In this document: one piece after another, positions 52,905 to 64,000 of the stretch
Layout: the number at the start of each line of letters is the position of its first letter
Numbering within the stretch: the first letter of the stretch is position 1
Notes under the pieces: model-generated
Databases searched by the model: none
The model's input: only the letters and a program-made list of their open reading frames with translations
Told to the model about the DNA's origin: nothing
NCBI GenBank assembly: GCA_046563655.1
Contig: CM102283.1
Coordinates: forward strand, 434,001-498,000
Direction: 5' to 3'
Origin: Yuukianura sp. NJ FZ-2021
Taxonomy: Eukaryota
Length of the DNA stretch: 64,000 bases
Position numbers and translations under genes: made by a program

Positions 52905-54983
52905 ATGGAGCTTACCGTTCCAATGCACTCGAAGCTGGTGGACACAAATGCCAAATTGGACTTGTTTTCCATGCCAGATACAGAAGTTTCTTGCTTGCTG
53001 GACAATTATCTCAAAGTAGAGTCGTACTATGCAACAAAAGGAAATGAAAATCCGATTCATTTTTCGTTTTGGCACATGGCCTACTTGGATTTGTCGGATT
53101 CGTTTTTCAGATTTGTAGTCTCCATTCGAAAAAAAGATGGTTCGGCACTCGGTGACACAGACAAGGTTGCTCCGGAAAATCTGTTCTTTCACACATTTAT
53201 CGAAGATTTTAAAGTCGTTGTCAACAACACGCAAGTCGTGGCCCAGGGGCCAAGGGCATACCCGTACGAGGCTTGGATATTTACTCAACTTCAGCAAGGG
53301 ATTGGTTCGAAAAGCAGTACATTGTCCAGGGAAATTTATTTTCCCGGCAATGTTATGGACAACTTTGACGACACAAACCCAAGCTTCAAAGCTCGACTTG
53401 AGCTGGCAAAGAAAAGTAATCAATTTGAGATGATTGGACGCCCGATGCTTGGAATTTTCACTTCGCCGAGACTTTTCCCGCCAGGAACACGGTTCAATTT
53501 TCAAATTCAGCGGACCAACCCAGAGTTTTGCTTGTGCGGACCATCCTCTACATCTGAATACAAGGTTGAAGTGGAGTGTGCAGACTTTTACGTTCGCCAA
53601 TATCGTCTAAATGAAAAGTTGACTACTCAACTTCGCACCGCATTTGCAAACAAGGTAGGGCGATGCTCAAGGGTTGAGCATAGGTCTTCTGGAGGGAGTT
53701 GACAATTGATACGACATTTAGACCGGCCTACCGCAAAACTGTGGACAAAATGAGAAACCGTTTTCATGGAATTGACGTATTAAAACGTCACTGAAAATTT
53801 TCAGTGCGAATGTGAGACACTACTTTGAGCATGAGTTGCACCAAATTTTGTATTGTCGATGTTGTCATGGCAATGCTCAATGTAGTTCTCAAACCTGCAC
53901 AAACCTTCAATTGTGTGCATCAGGGTGCATCATGCACCAAATTGTACGTTGTGGGGTAGGAGTCGAATATCGTTTCTTTAAAATCCAAATCATAAAAATT
54001 GACTTGTGAATGCAAATTTGACCCCTTTCATTCACTATTCACATATTACGAATTTAAGCCGGAACTTCTACACTCTAACGAGGCTTAAATTAACAACGTG
54101 AATAAACATACTGTCAGCAAATGACAGGGTCAAAACTTCGTTGTTTAAATAAATTTTGAGTATAATCGAAACCAAAAAATGTCGGGAAACGATAACACTG
54201 CGTGTGCGTAAAGTGGCCGCCCATTTCTACGCTGTTAATTCTACAATTTTAGTGCAATGTAGACCTAATGAAAACACTTGAGCCAAACATAACCCCCCGA
54301 ACAAATTGGGGCTTATGTTTCAGTGCAAAGTATCCTAAAAAATGTGACAGACGGACGGACAAAGTCGTATCAATAGTCTTCTTCAGCACGTCGTAGACGT
54401 GCGTCTCCAGAAGACTAAAAAGAAAATGGCATTGTACTCTTTTGACAACGCCGTCAAGTTCTCTACGTATGTACCCATTGGGGTCACCGAATTTGAAATT
54501 CCAAAAATTATGCCTACCGCAATTCGGCCAAAGCTTCTCTGCATTGCAATTACGACAAGCGAAGTCGTCAATGGCAAACTCGAAAAGTCACCGTTTAATT
54601 TCAAACCACATGGAATCAAAAACATGAAACTCAAATTCGAAGGAAAGGGAGTTGTTTTTGAGGAAATGAACTTTGAAAACAAAAATTACATGCTGGCCTA
54701 CAACAACATGTGCAAGTTAATTTCACATGGAACCGACGGAAACGACATTACATATGAGCAATTTGTAAAGGGCAATGCGATTTTTGTGTTTGACACTCAA
54801 AACTTGAGATCAGACACGTTCAACCCTGGAAAAATTGGACAATTTGCATTGGGCCTTAGTTTTGACGAAAAGACAAAGGAAGAGCTAATGGTTATCACCA
54901 TTGCCGTGGAAGACGTTACACTGGAAATTGGAGAAGGCGGACTAACGCGTTTCGCATCTACGAAAAGCATTTTTTTCAAGTAA
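52905..54983 (+). CDS. Polinton/adintovirus-type double jelly-roll major capsid protein (hexon-like), split by an insertion
   Basis: The N half has LDLFSMPDTE, YLDLSDS, VAPENLFFHTF, YPYEAWI and RLFPPG. The C half has RPKLLCIAI...NGKLEKSPFNFK, YMLAYNNM and GNDITYEQFVKGNAIFVFD. These parallel, from memory, Polinton MCP motifs (LDLF..P.T, YLDL, P.NLFLHSLF, YPYRAY, NPFNF). 52905-53654 plus 54411-54983 gives 440 aa. Confidence 0.82.
53649..54417 (-). mobile_element. Helentron-associated non-autonomous element (HINE/DINE-1-like)
   Basis: Subterminal inverted repeats gtcttctggag (53684-53694) / ctccagaagac (54405-54415). Extra IR tagtcttct (54374-54382), GTCY microsatellite on the minus strand (54346-54360), terminal stem-loop atgctcaa-ggg-ttgagcat (53663-53681). 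Inserted in an A/T run without TSD. Confidence 0.75.
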
Positions 54984-56722
54984 TTTTTCTCAACTTAAAA
55001 TTTCAAAGCGTTCCTTCATATGTATTCCACTCACAATACTTTATACAATTCATAATCTTGTGTAATGTATGGTATGAGCTTGAAAATAAAAACCAGCATC
55101 ATTAAAGCTAAATAAAAACAATAGTCTAACTTTGGATTTATTTAAAACTAGTTTTTAAGCGGATCGGTGACGCGGCATGTATTTCTGAATAAAATTATGT
55201 TGGCTTTTTGTGGACCGGCTGTGGTTTGCATCTCATTTTTTTATGATTCCACGAGTTTATTTTATTGCACTTTCTAGAAAAAATTGGCAGAGGATTTTAA
55301 AACATTTTGCGACCAGCCACTCCCATTGGTTGGACTGGGCCATTTTTGAACGACATGTCGACCAATCAGAAGCGAGCTGCACGCCCATTGGCTGAAAATT
55401 GGTATAGGGTTTGGAATTTTGACCAATCAAATTGCAGCAATGTACTGGCCACGCCCACTGATGCAACGACTCGTCGACCAATCAGAAGCGAGATGGACGC
55501 CAATTGGCTGAAATTGGTATACAGGTTGGGATTTTACCAAGCAAATTTCAGCATTTTACTGGCAAAGCCCTCTGGGGCAGCAACAAGTCGACCAATCAAA
55601 AGCGAGCTGGACGCCAATTGGCTAAAATTGAAACACGGGCTGGGATTTTGACCAATCAAATTTCAGTATTGTACTAGCCACGCCCTTCGGGGCAACAACA
55701 CGTCGACCAATCAGAAGTCAGGTTGACGCACTTTGTCGTCAGACTCGAGGGATTTGAACGTCCTTGGGCAGTTGACTTGCGATAAAGCTATTTCCCTGCC
55801 CATTCGAAACGACTAGTATGTGTAGTTTTGAAGGACTAGCGGACCAATAGTAACCGAGGTTGACGTCTAGCGGCAGAAATTAGTCGGTGAGATTTGTGAT
55901 TTTGAAAAATACCAAAATGAGCACTGGGTGTCGTATAAACTTGCGTACCAACACTCCACGGATCATAAGCAACTAGATGGAAACGCTTACTAGTCAAATT
56001 GCGGCATTGAAATGGTTACGCAATGCTTTTGCGGTGAGTGAAACGTTATTCACTCGGCGAAAAGCTAGACTGCAGAACTCCCACCAATGCCCTTGTGTTT
56101 GCAAATTAGGTTTGTATTGCAAATAAGTTTGTTTTTTGTACACGAGTCAATCAATTCACAAGGTCAAAAGTTTTCATTGCTTGAACTTGTCGTAAGTTTT
56201 TTTCGTGCATTCTAATTAGCGATCGCGACACGGAAGTAATTGGCAATTAAAAAACCGCAAACGTGCAAGACGAACAGTAGGTTACGTCTTGTGTCATCTC
56301 AAAATATTTTCGAAATATATTTAGAAAGGAACCTGATGTTTACAAAGAAATATTTTTGAGAATTTATTATTTAAAAGGGTTTCCGAGAAAAATAGTTTCC
56401 GTGAAAGTAGTATTTTCAAACACAAAAAAAAAATTAAAAACCAAATTAAATGCCAAGTTTAAAATGAGCCCAAGCTATAAAAAAAAACTAAAAAGTTGCA
56501 TAAAAGTGCAAAGAAGAGAGGATTTTTCAGGTGGGACTCAAACCACAAAACCGCAAAATATTTTTTAAATTATTTTTAAAAACTAATTAAACTCTTAAAC
56601 CTACAGTGAGCATGGACAAAAACGAAATATAAAAAGTTGCACAAAAGTGCAAAAAGAAAAGCATTTTGTGCAAAAGAAAAGGGGGTAGGGGGGGGGGGCT
56701 TTGCCCACCCAAACCATTGACT

Positions 56723-57391
56723 CTCGTAGTACAACTTGGCATAGTCGTAGATTGAGTCAATTTGGTCCGGTTGGAACTGTTTCAAAAAAAAAAACGGGTT
56801 TACGCGTAAAGAATAAGTAGCTTAAACCATTTCCAGGTTAATATTCAATTAAGTAAATTTTACATCATGGTTTTTGACCAAGTAGTCGACCAATTGACGG
56901 TAGTCGCGGGAATTGGAAATCTGCTCGGGTAATTCACTGCTCTCCAGAATTTCAGTGATGGGTCTCGACTTTTCCTGAACCGCCTTGTATTCCTCAACGA
57001 CCTTGGTTCGTTTCTCCATGAATTTCTATTTAAAAAAATCCCAATTACTTAAAGCAACATCGTACTGGCAACTGGCATGGGAAATGGCAACAACTTACGG
57101 CTGGAACTTGTTCGTCCGGATGGACCTTCTTGAAGACATCGATGACATAATCCATCATCTTCGTTTCCCCCAGAACCTCCAACTTCGTTTGGAGCACATC
57201 CTCTGGTTTGTAAATCTAAACAAAACAAATACCGTTGTGAAATAGTTAGCAAGCGATGGCACAATGACATGTTCCATTTTATTAATCCATTGTTTCCTTA
57301 CATTTTGTGCTGCAAGAAACTCAAGAAGTGGAGCCACCAAGTGACGGTCAAAATTTTGACCAAGTTTGTTTGTCAAATCGTACTGAGCCAT
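56723..57391 (-). pseudogene. eIF3e: Truncated eIF3e copy (exons 1-3 and part of exon 4)
   Basis: Runs from MAQYDLTNK... to YAKLYYE, then unrelated sequence. Confidence 0.85.
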
Positions 57392-58559
57392 TATACTTCT
57401 ACTGCAATTAACGATTACTTAGTAGAACAGATGAGCAATAACGTATACCACTCCGGTTCCGGTAACAACACTCCGGTTACACCGGTCTTTAGATTCAAAT
57501 TCCTGAAGAAATGAAAAGCTGCTGGTGAAGACTTGAATGAAAGAAAAGAGAAAAGATACACGAGAGAAGTGATTTGAAAAACCTTGCCATTTTTCAGGTT
57601 GAGATAAGGTATACGGGCCAATTGTATTCACAATGTAGTAACTTTGCGGCTACAATGAGTGTGAATAGTCTACAGCAACAAATCTTGCCGCTTTAAGTTA
57701 TGTTAGGCTAAAATGGCTGCACAAGTTGCCACAGGTGTAGCCACCTAATGTAGCCCACAGCAGAGGGCCGGTGGGTTACAATTATAGTCGTCAATTCTTA
57801 GTTCGTCCCGTTTTTGTGTGGAAATGACAGGGTTCGCTCCGTGGCGCCTCAGACACACTTGAAATGGTTCAGCCAATAGCCGTTGACAGCCATTTTATTT
57901 ATCTAATCCGAACGGAAAAGTACGTTTTTTGTTCGAAAAAGTACCTAGGTGTACGCTATTCAAACAACAATAAAGCAACATGAGAGGTCGTGACCTCCAA
58001 ATTAACATTTATTTTTACAGTCTAAACATAGTACAATGCTCATCACCAATACTCTAATTGCTCTTAGACTTAAGTTGTATCAAAAGCACGTCAACGTAGC
58101 TATTTACACTCTAAAATGTAGTTGATTAATTAAGTTGAAGCACAAACAATTGTAGGTGGTGACCTATGACTTATTGCTACAAAACAGGTATCACACAATT
58201 TGGCGAACATTTGGACAAAAACTGTTTTCATTCCTTAACACAAAATCTAACAGCTAACATTTTTGGTACTATGCAAGTCTAAAAATTTCATTTTTTTCTT
58301 CTTTTTACTGCAGCGGAGCTGTTTCAAATTTTTATGACATCTGAAAAAAAAACAACAAAGTATGGATACTCTGGAGGAGTGATTTTGTTTTACACCTTTT
58401 CTGAATTGATGACTTTTGAAAGAATTTTGAACTAACGATTTGACCTCTACACTACTATACTTTTAATTTTTAAAGTTAAAGGTTAGTTTAACACATTGAA
58501 CTAAGTTAACAAAAAGTTAGAGTTTAACTAAAAGAAGATTAATTGAAGTTTAACTAGCA
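56723..58559 (-). repeat. Inverted near-identical duplicate of 10260-12070 (eIF3e upstream region and 5' exons)
   Basis: Continuous reverse-complement match with scattered SNPs and small indels. Confidence 0.97.
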
Positions 58560-59642
58560 TCATACCCGGTTTGCCCAGGTTGTTAACTGGTGGTGGCACT
58601 ACAAGTACGAACATCAAGTTAGCCTTCTTCATTCCCTGCCCAATTGTCTTGACGAGTTTGCGTAATGCTTGTTTTGCCTGGCCACCCAGCTGACTCCATA
58701 CTTCGAGCACAATTCCATCAAACTTGTACGCCTGGGATCAAATTAGTTTCAACTAAAAACTTAAGAAAGAATCAAAACGATGTTAAGCGAAAGTTAATTA
58801 CCGTGGTAGTTGTGATGAGCGTTTTGACAAGTTCTTTAGTCTCTGCTGCCGAGGTAAATAAATTATAATAGTCGTCTCCCGTCCAGCCATCGAACAATAC
58901 TCGAGGTAATACTGTTGATTTAGGTACAAAACAGGAGATCGAGATTAGAAATGCAACAAACTTGGGTTTCCTGCCGCTGGACAACACAACTGGGTGAAAA
59001 TACCTTTAACTTGAGCCTTCTTTCCACGTTTCCTCACTTCTGCAACCCACCCATGGTCTACATCATGTGTTCCAGTTACAAAGTAGGTTCCGGTAGGCGT
59101 CCTTTTGATCTGAAGCCACACGGGTGATATCATTGCGAATTTGTTGCCAAACGTTTTGGCAATGTCGTAGCCCTTATTGTTCCACTGAAAGTGACAAGAT
59201 CAATTAGTTTTGCCCTAGGGAGACGAAGTATTTCAAAAATAAAGAATCTCACGGGGGTTATGTATCCCAGTACTTGTCCAGTGAAGTTCCGCTGACTAGT
59301 TTTCTTCCAGTAGGCTTCATGTTCTACTAAAATATCATTTGGCTTCGGATCTCGAACAACTAAATTCCTTTCGTAAACAGATTGCGCTATTGGTCCTTTC
59401 TGGAACAAAAACCAAAATTAAATTGAGTTCTAAGCGAAAAGTTAATAATGCACTTTGCCTCTTCATTTTTGGAATTCTGCAGTGACCTTTCACCTTACCT
59501 TTGAGGATAACTTGTCATCGTTATCATCTTCACCGAAACCGGTAAAGTCCTCTTCAATTTGAGAATACGAGTTACGTGGCAATGAAATCGTTGTGACCAG
59601 TATCACCGCAGTTGTAAGTACAAGGTTTAAGGAGGACCCCAT
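58560..59642 (-). pseudogene. CHID1: Chitinase domain-containing protein 1 (CHID1/SI-CLP), 3'-truncated
   Basis: Signal peptide, VLGYITP/WNNKGYDIAKTFG, ISPVWLQI, GTHDVDHGW, LPRVLFDGW and LEVWSQLGG. The reading frame runs into the duplicated segment at 58559, with the C-terminal part absent. Confidence 0.8.
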
Positions 59643-60018
59643 TGTTACCAGCCAATTACGTCGAATTCTAAATAATTAAATCAGCTGAATTACTCCTTTA
59701 TTAAACAGTTTAATTAATTATAATATAAGCATTACTTACATTAAGCTTTTACATACCCAATTTTAACGTATCATATGTTCCTGCTTTTGTTGTTGACGTT
59801 GCTGACAGATGAATCTGAAGATTCCGAGGATTAGGTTTCCCCAAATAATGTAAACACAAAACAGCAGGCAGCACATTTAAAAATTGGAAGCGGATTTTTA
59901 CCTGCATTTGAGGTGTGAAACACAGCACGTGCACGTGGGGAAACCGGCGTTGAAAATCCTGGAATCAATTAAATACTAATTAATTGTAATTTGATTTGAA
60001 CAAAGGGAGGAAGCGACC

Positions 60019-61708
60019 ATGGATGGAGGAGGTTCGGGAAGCGGAGGACGAGAATCCAATGGCGATGGAAGTAGAGGCAGGCTACCGACCTTCAGGGTAA
60101 GCTACTACTACTATGCTAATTCAATGATCGGGTGGAGTAAGGCAGAGTCCGTACGGCTTAATGCTCCATATCCCCTCCGGTATCCCCTCCGATTGTTGGT
60201 GTTCCAGTGTTGCCCAATTTGGCTACGCTGTGACAGAACTTAACCTAACCTAACTTGCAGCATTGCATCAGCAACAATTGGAGGGGATACCGGAGGGAAT
60301 ACGGAAAATTAAGCCGTACGGACTCTGCCTTACTCCTGCCCAATGATCTAAAGTTTAGATTCTAAACTTTTAGATTATGAAGATATTCTAACTTGATTCA
60401 TTTCAATCATTTCCGATTCTAGTAATTTATTATTTTTTGTTTTTTAGAGTCCACGAGATTTGTCTCTGACTGGCAAAAGTCCAATTCGTCCTCGGAAAAC
60501 CTACGTACCAAACATACCACCGAAACGAGACCGATCCGCAAGTTCAACTTCTACAACTGCATCGCCAAGTCCCAGCGATCAAGTCCCATCGTCTTCTGCA
60601 CCAGCACCCGAAGTCAGAGGTAGTCCAAGTCCAGGCCAACGTGGCAGAGGGGGTCGTGGTCGTGATTTACCTGAACGAGGAAGAAAGAAAGCACCAGATC
60701 TGGTTCAGTCTAGTTCCATTTTCTCGGACGGTGTAGGTGATGGTGAAAAGGGAAGAAAAGCTGATGGATCACGAGGATTCAGGTCTGGTGGCGGAGGGGA
60801 AGGTGGTGGAAAGCGTGGCGGTGGCAGTGGTGGTCGGTTTGGAGCATCCGAATCCGAAAAACACTTCAGAGATCGTGTTATAGATGAGGCTGGAAAGCTG
60901 CTGGAGGGAAATCTTTCGTTTCAAGAAACGCAGGCCAAAGTTCATGAGATGATTGGCGATGGAAGGTTCATTGCAGAGTTGGAGGATGAGGAAGATGAGA
61001 ATATTGACACCTCGCTTCATGCTATCGAGTTGCCAATGTCTTCTTGTAAGTCATCTGGCAATCTCTAGTATTATTCAACGGTGTTTCATTAATCTATACT
61101 TTTGATTCCAGATTTAGCCTCGACTTTGAATGAATTGAAGAAGAAACCGATTGCCATTCCACTGAAACCAGAAACGTTTAACCCCGAAGTAAAAACGGAA
61201 GTCAAACTTGAGAAGCCCGAAGAACCTGCACCTCCCACGACTGACACGGATAACCTTGACCCGTTGTCCTTTGCTCACACAGTTATCAATGCTCCACCAG
61301 ACGGAACTCTCGTATTCTTCCAGATGCCTGATCGCCTTCCAGTGCTGGATCAATCAAGTTCAGCGACAGGGGAACCCAAAGAGGCTAAACTGGCTAACAG
61401 CATTGCAGCTTTGCCAGAAGGATACATTGGAAAGATGCAAATTTTTGCGTCTGGTGCTACTCGGCTCCTTCTTGGAGAAAATGCCTTCGACGTTCTTCCT
61501 GCTACTCCAATTTCATTTCGACAGGTAAATGAAGAACACAAAAGCAAATAACTTTCTGTAAAATACTTAAAATTAAAAATGAAACTCATTAATTCAGGAG
61601 TTGGTGGCAATTGACCTCGAAGAAAAGAAGATGACTGCCTTAGGACCCGTTCAGAAAAAGTTCCTGGTTATACCCGATTTGGAACAGCTATTCAGAGAGA
61701 GTTTGTGA
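60019..61708 (+). CDS. POLR3D: RNA polymerase III subunit RPC4
   Basis: GRLPTFR/SPRDLSL...YVPNIP, QSSSIFSDG, FFQMPDRLP and LPEGYIGKMQIFASGATRLLLG. Four exons. Confidence 0.92.
60130..60341. mobile_element. MITE in POLR3D intron 1
   Basis: Arms ggagtaaggcagagtccgtacggcttaat / attaagccgtacggactctgccttactcc. Flanking direct repeat (c)aatgatc; central taacctaacctaac. Confidence 0.85.
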
Positions 61709-61960
61709 CTTGTAAGCGACCAAACGATTTTCCTCACGCATTCTTGACGGTTGGGCACTTGGGACAAGGATTCAGCTTATACCCGGAGACGACTCGACTC
61801 CACAAAATGCATATGGGAGTCGGTGAATTCAGAGCATCAAAAAAAAAACTTCATTTCCAATTCGACCGACCAACCGGTTGAACCGAAGTACACAACTCGA
61901 AAACACATTTACACCCCAATCCGCAGCATATATTTATTAAAATTATGCGAAGGAGAAATC

Positions 61961-62615
61961 TCACTTTTTCAACAAAACTGATTCATTTGCGTTTATCTCC
62001 ATTCCTCTGGCTTTCAGCATATCGATATAAGCATTACTTATTAGATCGGACTCTTTAATGTGGAATCTTTCAGTCAATTCTTGAGTAAACTTAACTCCGT
62101 CGGCCTCATCACTGTCCTGATCCAGGTTAACCTTAGAAAATCACAAAAATCTGTTAAAATTGATTCCCGTATTCAGTGGTTCTGTCGTCAAAAGGATTTT
62201 TTCCAACCTCCAGTTCCAGGAATCTCCCGAGTCCCTCCACGTCATCAATGTGGACGCGTGACACTAGCTTTGAATTTGTGTCAGGCACAAGGTAAAGTTC
62301 TCTGTGTTTCTTCACAACCCCAATAATTCCATGCGTACTTTCCAAGATTTGACGGAATTCGGTTCCATTGGGAATTTCAGTTTTGATGAAGTCGCTTCTG
62401 GAAGGCCCAGTGTCGTCTGTGCGATTGTAGCCAATGAGGTGTGATCTGGAAGTCGTCCCGTTGACAGTTTCCTGCCGGAGCTTGAGTCGCCCATGGTTGG
62501 CCCTGAAGAAAGTATCTGTTTGAAGCAGTTCTTCAACTCTGGTCCCCAGTTGGCTCTTGATGGATTCATATCGCTTATCGTCGTAATGTGCTTTGATCTC
62601 AATATTGGAAGGCAT
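61961..62615 (-). CDS. CYTH-domain protein (CyaB / class IV adenylate cyclase-like)
   Basis: NIEIKA, QTDTFF, GRLKLR, VVKKHRELY and RVHIDDVEGLGRFLELE. Exons 62615-62208 and 62131-61961 join in frame (ISNAYIDML). Confidence 0.88.
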
Positions 62616-62987
62616 TTTGCGAAACTAAAAAAAGAACAACATCAAGGTTAGAAACACAAAATAATTTTTGGTGTATTCATTACAGAAAAACAGCACGTTA
62701 CCTTGTAGCTCTTGTAAACTAGTTTCCAAATGTTATGGAATGATTGCTGTAATCGAATAGTTGTGAATGCCGCTTTCTTGCCTAGCTAATTGATTAACCT
62801 GTTCCAAATGAGTTAAATTAAAAATGTAAACTTACATTACGTAAAGTGTTTCTGTTTATGGCAAGAAGCGTGACACCCATAGCTCGGCACTTTTCGTCAG
62901 CTGCCGCTCCTGCAAAGCCCGATCTGTTTCCCTACTCCCAGCTCCCGCTCATCGGATTCCTAATATTTATTTTTGTCTACCCCTAAC

Positions 62988-63180
62988 TAGTGTTGGTGGG
63001 AATCCACTTTTTTAGCGTTTCGTCCAGGATATATCCACTGAATAAATGGATAAATCCGCCGGATGAAACCCAAACCCAGTTTCCGATGGACGAAATTGAC
63101 TTTCGTCCGGAAGAAACCTGGATATATCCACCACTTTCGAGGGTTAGTTGAAGAAATATTTTATCCATCCACCAACACTG
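62988..63180. mobile_element. hAT-like MITE, second copy
   Basis: tagtgttggtgg...ccaccaacactg; imperfect flanking repeat cccctaac / ccccttaac. Confidence 0.75.
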
Positions 63181-64000
63181 CCCCTTAACCCCTCCCCTCC
63201 ATGATTCCGCTAGGAATGTCGATCTTCTCGTCCCGTCACAAGATATCGAGGATTGCAAAGTGCCGAGCTTTGGTGATACCAATCTCAATGTAAGCAACAG
63301 AAAGTTCCCGCCAGAAATTTGCCTTTTGCGGGGTTTGCTAATGAGTTTATATCGGCGTCGATTTATTGAATGTAGATTTTAACGGAAATAAAGATTTATT
63401 TTTTTATAACTTCTAAAAGCATTATCCTTAGTTATAACACCAAAACCTCTGCGTTAAAATTGGAAATAGAAACCGAGGCTACTTTCTGTGTAAATAATAA
63501 AAAACAAACATTTGCTTATGGTCACGAGTTTTAATTTTTTCAAAAAATTGTGAATGAAATTGTTGGATGCAATTTTGCCTGACGTTGAATTTGAGTTCAA
63601 GATCCAGTTACGTTTGGTGTGCATGTCCTCAAATAGCGGAGAAACGAGTTTCAATTCACCTAACGTTTTTTTCACAATCAATTTACTTGTGAAATACAAA
63701 ACTAAAATGCGGAAGAGATCTTTCTCCACTTGATTCAGTTTTGAAGCCACCGAGCAGCATGTAAAACTCTTCAGGTTTGTGAAAATTTTCCTTCTGCAAC
63801 TCCAACTCCATGTTGCTTCATCAAATTTTGGTAAGAAACGAAGAGTGTCTCATTTTGGCCGAATTGTGATTAGTGAAGCATTTGTGCTTAATTTCATGAA
63901 GAATTTTATGAGAATGAGAATTTTATTTAATTTTATGAGAATCAATTTAAACACTTAAGTTTAATTAACTTGGATTAATTGATTCTGCATAGTTTTTGAT

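Larger units (their letters stand above)
51268..56722 (+). mobile_element. Compact Polinton/adintovirus-related endogenous element with long inverted repeats, encoding capsid but no replicase or integrase
   Basis: 51268-51699 is the reverse complement of 55238-55669 (two mismatches noticed). It encloses an MCP-like gene. The right boundary is inferred at 56722 (...ccattgact), where eIF3e-like sequence begins. Confidence 0.7.

Noticed and set aside
51286-55651. Paired 114-aa ORFs in the inverted arms
   Set aside because: Products of the ~115-bp tandem units; no evidence of coding.
61961-62615. CyaB-like gene as a horizontal transfer
   Set aside because: CYTH proteins of this type occur in many animals; there is no sequence-only evidence for transfer.
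63454-63750. 98-aa minus-strand ORF
   Set aside because: Non-ATG start and no recognisable motif; cannot be supported.

Overview
Eukaryotic, gene-dense arthropod DNA with short GT-AG introns, TTAGG-like motifs and an arthropod-type rDNA. A springtail (Collembola) is my impression only, not verified. Host genes in order: a type II membrane SEA/EGF/mucin-like protein, eIF3e, Aveugle-like SAM protein, a C2H2 zinc-finger protein, myosin regulatory light chain, fascin, NTAN1, a bacterial-type MgtA/P3B Mg2+-ATPase with introns (likely horizontal transfer), and a kynurenine aminotransferase-like enzyme. These are followed by a partial rDNA unit (18S, 5.8S, 5' part of 28S) ending at a 100-N gap. After the gap lies the most unusual feature: a compact element bounded by long CCAAT-rich inverted repeats. 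It encodes a Polinton/adintovirus-type major capsid protein and a basic protein, but no polymerase, integrase or ATPase. The capsid gene is interrupted by a Helentron-type (HINE/DINE-1-like) insertion whose ends supply in-frame GT/AG splice sites. The element abuts an inverted, truncated duplicate of the eIF3e 5' region, which in turn abuts a truncated CHID1 gene; POLR3D and a CYTH-domain gene follow. Also present are an intact-looking MULE transposon nested in another TIR element, several MITEs, and a 6.5-kb hairpin-bearing repeat array. All calls come from manual reading; no database searches were run.
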